Assembly (NCBI GenBank): GCA_036351155.1
Contig: JAZBOO010000099.1
Span: 11,636 to 75,635, forward strand
Source of the DNA: Candidatus Krumholzibacteriia bacterium
GTDB lineage: Bacteria > Krumholzibacteriota > Krumholzibacteriia > LZORAL124-64-63
Reading direction: 5' to 3'
DNA length: 64,000 bases
Positions within the stretch are counted from its first letter, which is position 1. Each line of letters begins with the position of its first letter. Under the pieces are notes generated by a model that worked only from the letters and a program-made list of their open reading frames with translations, searched no databases and was not told the origin of the DNA. Below, one piece after another: positions 39,125 to 48,057 of this stretch. Both the position numbers and the translations under genes were made by a program.

Positions 39125-40668
39125 CAGACTTCACCTTCCTGATCCGTGCCGATCACCAGGCCCAGAGCGGGCAGTTTGTTCAAATCCAGGGCCGGGCCTT
39201 GGGCCAGGGTCTCGCCCAGTGCTTCCCGGACCGCCTTGAAGCTGCGGTACTCTTCGGGATTGCCCATCACCTCGGTCAGGATGCGCCAGTCCTCGCGCGC
39301 TGTCCCGGGCCGCGCCACGGCCAGCTTGAATTCCTGGAGCCGGTTCTGCTTGTTGACGAAGATGCCCGCCTTCTCCGCCCAGGCGGCACCGGGCACGGTC
39401 ATCTCGGCCACAGCGGCCGTGGCATTGGCGTGAGTGCCCAGGTAAACCACCTTCAGGTTCTCGAGGGCCGCCTTCAGATCCACATCCTCGGCCATATCGC
39501 CGCCGGCAATGAGCACCGTCCCCTGGACCTGCTTCAGTCGGGTGGCCAGCTCGGCCTTCCCCAGCTCGGCAATGTCCAGGAGCTTGAGCCCCGCCCGGTT
39601 GGGCGTCCGGTCGGTGGAAAGCAAGAGCTCGTCCCCGGTCCCCATACCGCTTTCGGCAGGACCAGCGCAGATGTTTCCGTCCGCATGGCGACGGGCCAGT
39701 TCCTTCAACAGGAACAGTTCTTCAAGGCTCTGGTAGGGACTGGCCACCACCAGGCCAAGCTGCCCGCTCCCCAGGAGCGTGGTCAGCTGCGCACCCGCTT
39801 CGCCCCAGGCCAGATCCTGGCCCTCGCGCTGCGGTGTCACCAGCCGCTTCTCATCGTGCACGGCCTTGTAGGTCATGCGCCCGAGGTCGCACATCCAGCT
39901 GCCGTTGACCTCGGGATTGCGCCGGGGTTTCAACCGGTAAATCCGCCCGACCTCGTGATCGATGCGGACGTTGCAACCCGTTGCACAACCGGGGCATACA
40001 CCCTCGGCCGCCTTCAGCATCCACACCCGCTTCTGGAAACGGAAATCGCGGCTCGTCAGGGCCCCCACCGGGCAGATGTCCACGGTGTTCATGCTGTAAT
40101 TGTTGTCCAGCTCCACACCGGGAGCGGTATCGATCTCGGCCCTGTCGCCCCGGTTGAAAATACCCAGCTCGCCGGTGCCGGTGACTTCTTCACAGAAGCG
40201 CACACAGCGACTGCAGAGGACGCAGCGTTCCTGATCCAGGATCACATGGGGCCCGATCACCTTGGCCTTGATCTTGTTGACCTTGTCGTTGATCTCCACC
40301 TTGCTGTCGTACAGACCGTACTGCATGTACTGGTCCTGCAGCCCGCACTCGCCGGCCTGATCGCAAATGGGGCAATCGACGGGGTGGTTGATCAGGTGCA
40401 TCTCGAGCACCTGCTGATTGGCCCGGGAAACCCGTTCGTTTTTCGTGTGCACCACCATGCCGTCACGCACGAAGGTGTTGCAGGCGATGGTCAGCTTGGG
40501 CATGCCCTCCACCTCGACCTGGCACAGACGGCACACGCCGGCCACCGACAGGTCGGGATGGTAGCAGAAATGGGGCAGCGGTTCGCCCCGGGCCTCGGTA
40601 CAGGCGTCGAAGAGTCGGGTTCCGTCGGGAACCTCGATCTCCTGGCCGTCGATGGTCAATTTGGCCAT
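39124..40668 (-). CDS. nuoG: NADH-quinone oxidoreductase subunit G (short form)
   Basis: PHFCYH...CRLC, HPVDCPICDQAGEC, CVLCSRC...CPVGAL, CPGCATGC...C; about 514 aa. Confidence 0.92.
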   Translation of the reverse strand: MAKLTIDGQEIEVPDGTRLFDACTEARGEPLPHFCYHPDLSVAGVCRLCQVEVEGMPKLTIACNTFVRDGMVVHTKNERVSRANQQVLEMHLINHPVDCPICDQAGECGLQDQYMQYGLYDSKVEINDKVNKIKAKVIGPHVILDQERCVLCSRCVRFCEEVTGTGELGIFNRGDRAEIDTAPGVELDNNYSMNTVDICPVGALTSRDFRFQKRVWMLKAAEGVCPGCATGCNVRIDHEVGRIYRLKPRRNPEVNGSWMCDLGRMTYKAVHDEKRLVTPQREGQDLAWGEAGAQLTTLLGSGQLGLVVASPYQSLEELFLLKELARRHADGNICAGPAESGMGTGDELLLSTDRTPNRAGLKLLDIAELGKAELATRLKQVQGTVLIAGGDMAEDVDLKAALENLKVVYLGTHANATAAVAEMTVPGAAWAEKAGIFVNKQNRLQEFKLAVARPGTAREDWRILTEVMGNPEEYRSFKAVREALGETLAQGPALDLNKLPALGLVIGTDQEGEV

Positions 40669-40673
40669 TCGTG

Positions 40674-41978
40674 TCACTCCTGCTCACCGCGGGGCCAGCG
40701 GGTCTGCGGGCCGGCGGTTGCGGTTTCCTGGATGAGGGCCTCGAATTCGGGGCGGAACTTGTCGATAAAGCTGCGCATGGGCATCACGGCGGCATCGGCC
40801 AGGGGGCAAATGGTCAGGCCCATCATGCCGTTGCACACGTGCTCCAGGGTGTCGATGTCCTCGGCGGTGCCTTCACCACGACGCAGCTTCTTGACCAGCT
40901 TGTGCAACCAGCCGGTTCCTTCGCGGCAGGGCGTGCACTGACCGCAACTCTCGTCGAAATAGAAATGCATGAGCACCTGGATCAACTCGACCATGTCGCT
41001 GCTCTTGGGGATGATGATCATGCCCCCGGAGCCCAGCATGGTGCCCGCCTGCTGGAGTGATTCGTAGTCGAGATTGCAGTTCATGATCTCGTCGGCCGGC
41101 AGCACCGGCACGGACGACCCACCCACGATGACGGCCTTCAAATCCTCGCCGTCGGCCATGCCGCCCAGGTAGTCGTTGAAGAATTCGCGGAACGGGATGC
41201 CCAGGGGCACTTCATACACCCCGGGGTTTTTCACCGGGCCGCTGACGGACCACAGCTTGGTGCCGCAGCTTTTCTCGGTGCCGATGGCCTTGTAAGCCTC
41301 GGCCCCATGGGTGATGATCCAGGGCACGGCAGCCACCGACTCGACGTTGTTGACGATGGTGGGTTTGCCCAGAAATCCGGCCACCGCCGGGAAGGGCGGC
41401 TTGATGCTGGGTTGCCCCTTGAGCCCCTCCACCGAGTTGATGAGACCGGTTTCCTCGCCACAGATATAGGCCCCGGCTCCCTTGTGCACGATCATTTCCA
41501 GATCGTAACCGCTGCCCAGGATATTCTTGCCCAGGTAACCGGCGGCATAGGCCTCGTCCACGGCCTTCTGGACCCGATCGATCAGCCACCCGAACTCACC
41601 CCGGATGTAGATGAAGGCCAGCTTGGCCCGCACCGCAAAGCAGCTGATGATGGTGCCCTCGATGGTCATGTGAGGGTCATAGTCCAGGCAGTACCGATCC
41701 TTGAACGTTCCGGGTTCGCTCTCGTCGGCGTTGACGAAGAAGTAGACTTCCTCGGCGTCCTTGGGCACGAAGCCCCACTTGACTCCGGTGGGGAAACCGG
41801 CCCCGCCACGGCCGCGCAGACCGGACTCCTTGACCACCTCGGTGACCTCGTCCGGCTGCATCTTGCCCAGAACGCTGCGCAGGGCCTGGTAGCCCCCTTC
41901 GTTCTCGTAGACGGACAGCTTGTGCCCATCCTTGCGGCCGAAGCGCGCGGAGAGGATGCGATCGTCGTTCCTGCTCAC
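40674..41978 (-). CDS. nuoF: NADH-quinone oxidoreductase subunit F
   Basis: GLRGRGGAGFPTG, NADESEPGTFKD, GAYICGEET, SCGQCTPCREG. Confidence 0.97.
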   Translation of the reverse strand: MSRNDDRILSARFGRKDGHKLSVYENEGGYQALRSVLGKMQPDEVTEVVKESGLRGRGGAGFPTGVKWGFVPKDAEEVYFFVNADESEPGTFKDRYCLDYDPHMTIEGTIISCFAVRAKLAFIYIRGEFGWLIDRVQKAVDEAYAAGYLGKNILGSGYDLEMIVHKGAGAYICGEETGLINSVEGLKGQPSIKPPFPAVAGFLGKPTIVNNVESVAAVPWIITHGAEAYKAIGTEKSCGTKLWSVSGPVKNPGVYEVPLGIPFREFFNDYLGGMADGEDLKAVIVGGSSVPVLPADEIMNCNLDYESLQQAGTMLGSGGMIIIPKSSDMVELIQVLMHFYFDESCGQCTPCREGTGWLHKLVKKLRRGEGTAEDIDTLEHVCNGMMGLTICPLADAAVMPMRSFIDKFRPEFEALIQETATAGPQTRWPRGEQE

Positions 41979-41981
41979 CTT

Positions 41982-42524
41982 TTATTCCTCCAGTTCCCGG
42001 TCCGTGTCGGCCCGGGGGACTTCGCCCTTGCGCAGATTGTCCAGCAGATCATCCACCTTGTCGGTGGTCAGGTATTCGTACAGATGCTTGCCGCGCTGCA
42101 GCACGGGACCATGTCCACAAGCTCCCAGGCACTCGGCGCCCTCCAGAGCAAACTTGCCGTCGGGAGTGGTCTCCCCCATGCGCACGCCCAGCTTCTTCTC
42201 CAGATGGGCGATGATGTTGCGGGCCCCCATGATGTGGCAGCTGATGTTGTGGCAGACCTGCAACACGTTGTCGGCCTGGGGTTCGGTGCGGTACATGGTG
42301 TAGAAGGAAAGGACCTCGTGCACCCGGGTCCTGGTCACTTCCAGCTTCTCGACCAGGAGATCCACCCCGCCCTCGGGCACATGCCCGATCTCGTCGGTGA
42401 TGGCCCAGATGCAGGGCATCAAGGCACTGGCCTTGGTCGGATACTGCGCGATGTACCGGTCGATCGCGGCCAGGGTTTCCTCGGAAACCTTGAACGGGGC
42501 CTGACCTTCAGCGGACTTGCTCAT
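41982..42524 (-). CDS. nuoE: NADH-quinone oxidoreductase subunit E
   Basis: SFYTMY, VCHNISC, ECLGAC [2Fe-2S] ligands. Confidence 0.94.
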   Translation of the reverse strand: MSKSAEGQAPFKVSEETLAAIDRYIAQYPTKASALMPCIWAITDEIGHVPEGGVDLLVEKLEVTRTRVHEVLSFYTMYRTEPQADNVLQVCHNISCHIMGARNIIAHLEKKLGVRMGETTPDGKFALEGAECLGACGHGPVLQRGKHLYEYLTTDKVDDLLDNLRKGEVPRADTDRELEE

Positions 42525-42548
42525 CAATTCACCTTCCAACCGGCGGGA

Positions 42549-44270
42549 TCAGCGATCCAGCTCACCGGCGATGATGTTCAGGCTTCCCAGAGTGGCAATG
42601 GCATCGGGAATCATGCCGCCCTGGACCAGAAAACTGTAAGAGGAAAAGATCGGGAAACAGGGCGGCCGCACCTTCATGCGGTAAGGGTGCCCCGTCCCAT
42701 CGGCAATACAGAAATAACCCAGCTCCCCATTGGCTCCTTCGCCGAAGCCGTAGCCTTCACCTTTGGGCACCTTGATGCCCTCGTAGATGAGCTTGAACTG
42801 GTTCATCACGCCTTCAATGCTCCCGTAGACCTCGGCCTTGGGCGGCAGGATCACCGAGTGATCGTCCACGTTCAGCGGGCCGGAAGGCAGCTTGTCCAGG
42901 GCCTGGATGACGATGGAGCGACTCTGCACCATCTCGGCCATGCGCACCATGATACGGTCGTGGGTGTCTCCGCTGGTTCCGGTGGGAATGTCGAAGTCGT
43001 ACTGCTCGTATCCGGAATAGGGGGCGTGCTTGCGCAGATCGTAGGCCAGGCCGGTGGCCCGCAGACATGGCCCCGTGTAGCCATAACTGAGGGCATCACT
43101 CTGTGAAATGGCTCCCACGCCCACAGTACGATCGAGGAAGATCCGGTTGCGTGCCACCAGGGCCATGACATCGTTCACGCCCTTGTCCAGCTGGTCCAGC
43201 TTGCCGCGGATTTCGGCGTCGAAGCCATCGTAAAGATCATGACTCATGCCGCCGATGCGCGCGTAGTTGGTGGTCAACCGCGATCCGCACAGGGCTTCCA
43301 GCGACTGGTAAATGCTTTCCCGCACGTTGTACAGGTACCAGTAGTTGGTCAAGGCCCCGATATCCACCAGGTTGGCGCACACGCACACCAGGTGGTCGAT
43401 GATGCGGCTCAGCTCACTCACGATCACCCGGATCCCCTGGGCGCGGGGCGTGGCCTCGATGTCCAGCATCTTTTCCACGGCCATGGCGTAAATCGAGTTG
43501 TTGAGCATGGCCGAGCAGTAGTTCAGGCGGTCGGTGTAGGGCATGATCTGGGCCCAGGTATGGTCCTCGGCCTCTTTTTCGAAGCACCGGTGGATGTAGC
43601 CGATCTCGGTCTTGGCCTCGAGAATGGTCTCCCCGTCCAGCAGCAGCTCGGCGCGCAGCGCTCCGTGCATGGCCGGATGGCTGGGTCCCAGGTTCACCGT
43701 CAAGAGGTCACTGGGATGGACCTCGTCCAGGACTCCGTTGCCCTCGGCCACCAGCTTGCTGGCGCGCTTGGCCGCCCGGGCCACATCCTCATCACTGAAC
43801 AGGTTCTCGGGAATGGTGCACTCCTGCCCCTGCTCGATGGGATAGTCCTTGCGCAGGGCATGGCCCTCGAACTGGTGATGGCAAAGAATGCGGCGCAGAT
43901 CGGGGTGCCCGGCGAAGGGTATGCCGTACATGTCGTACACTTCGCGCTCGGCCCAGTCGGCCGATTTGTAAAGGCCCGAAACGGTGGGCACGGCCTCATC
44001 CTCGGCAATGTCCACCTTGACCCGCAGACGGTAGTTGTTGCGCCAGCTGCGCATCAGGTAGTTCACCTGGAAGCGCTGGTCCCGGTCCGGAAAATCCACA
44101 CCGGCGATATCCGAGAGCTGCTCACATTTTTCCCGGCCGCGCAGGTGTTCCAGGACCTTGAGCAGGGCGTCCTTCTCCACGGTGATGGAGGCATCACCCT
44201 TCTCGTCCGAGGTGGCCAGGATGTCGCTTCCGAACTCCTGCTGAAGTCTTTCGACCAGCTTCTGGCTCAT
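42549..44270 (-). CDS. nuoCD: Fused NADH-quinone oxidoreductase subunit C/D
   Basis: NuoC motif EREVYDMYG...GHPDLRRI, then NuoD motifs NLGPSHPAMHG, GYIHR..EK, DRLNY and GELDR in one frame. Confidence 0.95.
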   Translation of the reverse strand: MSQKLVERLQQEFGSDILATSDEKGDASITVEKDALLKVLEHLRGREKCEQLSDIAGVDFPDRDQRFQVNYLMRSWRNNYRLRVKVDIAEDEAVPTVSGLYKSADWAEREVYDMYGIPFAGHPDLRRILCHHQFEGHALRKDYPIEQGQECTIPENLFSDEDVARAAKRASKLVAEGNGVLDEVHPSDLLTVNLGPSHPAMHGALRAELLLDGETILEAKTEIGYIHRCFEKEAEDHTWAQIMPYTDRLNYCSAMLNNSIYAMAVEKMLDIEATPRAQGIRVIVSELSRIIDHLVCVCANLVDIGALTNYWYLYNVRESIYQSLEALCGSRLTTNYARIGGMSHDLYDGFDAEIRGKLDQLDKGVNDVMALVARNRIFLDRTVGVGAISQSDALSYGYTGPCLRATGLAYDLRKHAPYSGYEQYDFDIPTGTSGDTHDRIMVRMAEMVQSRSIVIQALDKLPSGPLNVDDHSVILPPKAEVYGSIEGVMNQFKLIYEGIKVPKGEGYGFGEGANGELGYFCIADGTGHPYRMKVRPPCFPIFSSYSFLVQGGMIPDAIATLGSLNIIAGELDR

Positions 44271-44321
44271 ACTGTCCCGTCCCTGTGCGTCCGGCCCGGC
44301 CGTCCGCCTTGGCTAAGAGGT

Positions 44322-44834
44322 TTACGATTCCGCGGCAATTCGGCCGGCATGACGCACCGTCGAGGGCACCAGCCCCTCCTTCTCCACCTTGTCCTGGATC
44401 TGGGTCAGGGCGAAAAGGAGATTTTCGGGAGTGGGTGGACAGCCGGCCACATACACGTCCACGGGGATGACGTGGTCGGCGCCCTGCAGGGTGCTGTAAT
44501 TGTTGTAAAAGCCGCCGCTGCTGGCGCAAACACCCATGGCGATCACCCACTTGGGCTCGGCCATCTGCTCGTAGATGGTCTTGAGGATGGGAGCTTGCTT
44601 GTAGCTGATGGTGCCGGCGATGATCATCAGATCGCTCTGGCGCGGGGAAAAACGCACCAGTTCGGCCCCGAAACGACTGATGTCGTTGTAGGAGGACACG
44701 GTGCTCATGAATTCGATGGCACAACAGGCCACACCGAAGGGCAAGGGCCACAAACTGTATTTACGTCCCCAGTTGACCGCCTGACGCAGCCGCGTGGTGA
44801 TGAAATTGCTGGGGCTTTCGAGGTCTACTGCCAT
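44322..44834 (-). CDS. nuoB: NADH-quinone oxidoreductase subunit B
   Basis: ACCAIE, SPRQSD, MGVCASSGG, GCPP.PE. Start MAVD at 44834 overlaps the nuoA end. Confidence 0.96.
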   Translation of the reverse strand: MAVDLESPSNFITTRLRQAVNWGRKYSLWPLPFGVACCAIEFMSTVSSYNDISRFGAELVRFSPRQSDLMIIAGTISYKQAPILKTIYEQMAEPKWVIAMGVCASSGGFYNNYSTLQGADHVIPVDVYVAGCPPTPENLLFALTQIQDKVEKEGLVPSTVRHAGRIAAES

Positions 44835-45196
44835 TCGAGCCCACCTTTCTTCCAGATGTAAACAAAGCCGACCAGCAGGACGAGGACGAACACGCCCATC
44901 TCCCCCAGCGCGAAGGCGCCATGACCGGCAGTAACCAGACCGTTGAAAAGTAGAACCCAGGGATACAGGAAGACCGCTTCCAGATCGAAGAGCAGAAAAA
45001 ACAGGGCCACCAGGAAAAACCTGACAAAAAACCGGATATGAGTGGTCCCTCGAGCGGGGATCCCACATTCATAGGTGGAATCTTTAACCGCAGAGGGCCG
45101 CCGGGGGCCAAGCCAGAAACTGATGCCCAGGAACGCTCCCGCGAAGGCCACCGCCACCGCGAGGACCAGCATCACCGGAATGAACTGCTCAAACAT
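44825..45196 (-). CDS. nuoA: NADH-quinone oxidoreductase subunit A
   Basis: YECG, FDLEAVFLYPW, KGGLEW; GGAG SD before ATG 45196. Confidence 0.95.
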   Translation of the reverse strand: MFEQFIPVMLVLAVAVAFAGAFLGISFWLGPRRPSAVKDSTYECGIPARGTTHIRFFVRFFLVALFFLLFDLEAVFLYPWVLLFNGLVTAGHGAFALGEMGVFVLVLLVGFVYIWKKGGLEWQ

Positions 45197-45268
45197 GGGT
45201 TCTCCCTGAGACAAGCACACGTTTGCAAGGTACCCAGGGCCGAACACTCTTCGCCCCTGGGACCTGTT

Positions 45269-45304
45269 TTGTTGCAAAAATAACAGTCTTAGAAACTGTG
45301 TCAA
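45269..45304 (-). promoter_or_regulatory. nuo operon sigma70 promoter with an overlapping Rex-like palindrome
   Basis: Minus strand TTGACA-16 nt-TATTTT (TGn extended). TTGTTGC-AAAA-ATAACAG at 45269-45286 overlaps the -10. Confidence 0.5.
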
Positions 45305-45483
45305 CACTGGTTATGCCCTGATCATCCACAAATCCCCATAGCCAGGATATTGGTCAGGCCCGCATGGATCGCCCTGGATGCTAAATCCCAAAAAATGCAC
45401 AGCTTAGGTATAAGCTGGCTTTTGAAAGGTATTTAGGGAGATTTTTGTAAAAAAAACAGGGACTTGCCCGGATGAGCCGCCAG

Positions 45484-45499
45484 CGGCATGCCAGTTGCC
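45484..45499 (+). promoter_or_regulatory. Putative sigma54 -24/-12 promoter for the TPR gene
   Basis: CGGCAT-GCCAG-TTGC with GG-10 nt-GC spacing, about 57 nt before the ATG. Confidence 0.35.
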
Positions 45500-45555
45500 A
45501 TGACAAGGGCGAGAACTTGTGTTTCTGGCCATTGATTCAGTACAAGGAGCAGGAA

Positions 45556-46314
45556 ATGACCACCACCGTGACCACCCCGTCCCCCACACCGGTCCAGGAT
45601 TCAGTGCTGGATATGCCCTCACTGGTGCAGGAAGGTTCCCGATGCCTGGAAAATGGTGATCTTCCCGGGGCACTGGCGACTTTTCAGAAGGTGGTGGAGG
45701 CTTTTCCTCAGCGCCCGGAGGGCCACAACAATCTGGGAGCCCTTTACTCCTCCCTCGGGGAACATGCCAAGGCCGAGGCCTGCTTTGATACGGTGATCGC
45801 CCTGTTGCCCGACAACCCTGGCCTGTACTACAACCGCGGCATGGCCCGCAGCAGCCAGGAGAAATTCGACACCGCCCGCGAGGATTTTCGCCGGGTTCTG
45901 GAATACAACAGCAAGGACACCGATTGCCTGAACAACCTGGGGGTGATGGATTTCATGCAGGGGCGCTTCGAAAGCGCGCGGGAGTATTTTGCCATGGCCA
46001 TGGAAATCCGTCCGGACTACGACCGTGCCTTGCTGAACCTGTGTGACCTGGAAATCGCCACCGGCAACGGCCCTCTGGCCATTCAGCTTTGCGAAGATTT
46101 TCTGCGGAACCACAACAGCACCGAGGTCAAGCGTGCCCTGCTGACCATGCTGAGCACCGGCTGCCGGGAAGCGCTGGACAAGGCGGGCCAGACAGCGCGC
46201 AACCTCATGGGGCAAGATGACAACGACCCGGAAATCCGGGGACAGCTGGTCCGCATCCAGAAGGCCCAGAAGGTGCTTGATGGTGCGGTAATTGATGAAA
46301 TGCCCATGATCTGA
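45556..46314 (+). CDS. Tetratricopeptide-repeat protein
   Basis: Repeated NNLG/YYNRG/LNL TPR helices; AGGAG SD. Confidence 0.88.
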   Translation: MTTTVTTPSPTPVQDSVLDMPSLVQEGSRCLENGDLPGALATFQKVVEAFPQRPEGHNNLGALYSSLGEHAKAEACFDTVIALLPDNPGLYYNRGMARSSQEKFDTAREDFRRVLEYNSKDTDCLNNLGVMDFMQGRFESAREYFAMAMEIRPDYDRALLNLCDLEIATGNGPLAIQLCEDFLRNHNSTEVKRALLTMLSTGCREALDKAGQTARNLMGQDDNDPEIRGQLVRIQKAQKVLDGAVIDEMPMI

Positions 46315-46351
46315 TGATACCTTCCGGGTCAGCTAAACCCGGGAGAGCATT

Positions 46352-47161
46352 TTGATCATCTTCAGCAACGGCCGCTTCCATGACGACCAGGACCCCGCAG
46401 TCCCCCAGGACTGTGGGGCTTTCCTGCATGGCCACGGCGTTTTCACCACCATGCGGTTGTTTCAGGGTGATCCTCGTCATCTGGACGAGCACGCCCGACG
46501 CCTGGCCGAACACGCACAGGCTCTCGGCCTGCCCCCCTGCCCCCACAGTGCCATCCTTGGTGCCATCATCAAGGAACTGGTGCAGCGCAATTCCCTGAAG
46601 AGAGTGGACGCCAGGTTGCGTATCACCTGGACGATGGTCCAGGGCAAAGGATGGCTTGGCCTGGTTCCTGGTCCTCTCCCGGAAGAACTGGAGAGATGGC
46701 AAAAGGAGGGCATCTCCGTGATCACCCTGGGACCCGATTTTGGCCGTGTTTTCCGGCCGCACCTCAAATCGGTGAACTACCTGCCTTCCATGCTGGCCTT
46801 GAAGGAGGCCGAAGCCGCCGCAGGGTGTCCCGAGGCCCTGGTTTTCGATGCCCAGGGCGATCTTCTGGAAGGGGCGATCAGCAATGTCTTCGTGGTGGAT
46901 GATGGAACGGTGATGACACCCCCAGATGACGGACGCATCCTGGCCGGGTTGACTCGCCAAGCGGTTTTGCGTCGACTGGAACAGCTCGAACTGTCCCACC
47001 AGGAAGCTCACCTGCACCGGGACCGGGTGTTGTGCGCCCAGGAGGTTTTCCTGACCAACAGTGTGCGGGAAATCGTGCCTGTGATCAGGATCGATGGCCG
47101 CCAGGTGGGGACCGGACTCCCCGGCCCTTTGACCCGCACGATCCAGAAGTCATTCCGGTAG
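46352..47161 (+). CDS. Class IV PLP-dependent aminotransferase / 4-amino-4-deoxychorismate lyase-like
   Basis: GHGVFTTMR, HLKSVNY (PLP Lys), EGAISNVF, ILAGLTR, EVFLTNS. Confidence 0.88.
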   Translation: MIIFSNGRFHDDQDPAVPQDCGAFLHGHGVFTTMRLFQGDPRHLDEHARRLAEHAQALGLPPCPHSAILGAIIKELVQRNSLKRVDARLRITWTMVQGKGWLGLVPGPLPEELERWQKEGISVITLGPDFGRVFRPHLKSVNYLPSMLALKEAEAAAGCPEALVFDAQGDLLEGAISNVFVVDDGTVMTPPDDGRILAGLTRQAVLRRLEQLELSHQEAHLHRDRVLCAQEVFLTNSVREIVPVIRIDGRQVGTGLPGPLTRTIQKSFR

Positions 47162-47187
47162 AACTTCCCGCCCCACATCACGGTGCG

Positions 47188-47218
47188 AAAAACGCCCCCG
47201 ATGAAAGGGGGCGTTTTT
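47188..47218. terminator. Bidirectional Rho-independent terminator
   Basis: aaaaa-cgccccc-gatgaaa-gggggcg-ttttt between convergent genes. Confidence 0.85.
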
Positions 47219-47284
47219 GCTCGCGGCGACCAATCCCGGACTCGTCACTTGCGCCTGGAAGGTTTCCGGATGCCCGGCACCCTC

Positions 47285-47893
47285 CTAAAAATCGAAGCTG
47301 GTGTCCTGCACCTTGAAGGAGTCGATCTCGTCGTTGCCCACCGGGGGCAGATCATTCCTCACTTCCCGGGTCGGCACGGTGGCCAGGGCAATCTCATCTT
47401 TCAACGAGGCCAGGTCGGTGTACACGTCCGCGCAGGCGATCAGGTCGGTGCTGGTCATCTCACGCAGCCCACAGACCTCCACGTGCACGCCCTTGCGGCC
47501 GAGGGCCTCGACCAGGGCGGCAAAATCCCCATCTCCGGTGCAGAGGATGATGGTATCCAGATTGGGAGCCATTTCCAGGACATCGATGGCCATCTCCATG
47601 TCCAGGCTGTTGCGGATACTGCGGTTGGCCGCTTCGCTCTCGTTGAAGGACTTGACTTCCTTGGTCACCACCTTGAAGCCGTTGAGCTTCAAGAAGTTGA
47701 TGAAGTCGATCTTTCCCTCGGATTGGCTGCTGACCGCCGTGTAAAAATAGGACCGCACCAGACGACGGCCACCGGCCAGTCGCTTGCAGAGCTTCAGATA
47801 GTCCAGCCGCATATTCATGTGCTTGGCGCTGTAATGGATGTTCTCACCATCGATGAAAATGGCGACCCGATCCTGGGTGTTAAGTGTATACAT
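47285..47893 (-). CDS. NYN-domain (LabA/DUF88, PIN-like) protein
   Basis: IFIDGENI, DMEMAID, TGDGDF, G..V motifs. Confidence 0.9.
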   Translation of the reverse strand: MYTLNTQDRVAIFIDGENIHYSAKHMNMRLDYLKLCKRLAGGRRLVRSYFYTAVSSQSEGKIDFINFLKLNGFKVVTKEVKSFNESEAANRSIRNSLDMEMAIDVLEMAPNLDTIILCTGDGDFAALVEALGRKGVHVEVCGLREMTSTDLIACADVYTDLASLKDEIALATVPTREVRNDLPPVGNDEIDSFKVQDTSFDF

Positions 47894-48016
47894 CGCGATA
47901 TCCTTCTGGCATCATGTCACTTGGGCCGGAATTGCCGACCAACTTGGCGAGTCACAAAAGGGAGGCCCTGGCACCGAATCATCGACCCGGACAAGTCCTC
48001 CCTCCCGCTTGATGCG

Positions 48017-48054
48017 AATATAGACCTCAAGATTTGATATTGCAATCCAAATCT
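48017..48054 (-). promoter_or_regulatory. sigma70 promoter for the NYN gene with an inverted repeat over the -35
   Basis: Minus strand TTGCAA-17 nt-TATATT; agatttg-atattgcaatc-caaatct palindrome at 48030-48054. Confidence 0.5.
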
Positions 48055-48057
48055 AAA

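Noticed and set aside
39124..44834. Hydrogenase or formate dehydrogenase interpretation of the NuoG/NuoD/NuoB genes
   Set aside because: NuoD lacks NiFe CxxC motifs and the full nuoA-N order is present, so this is respiratory complex I.
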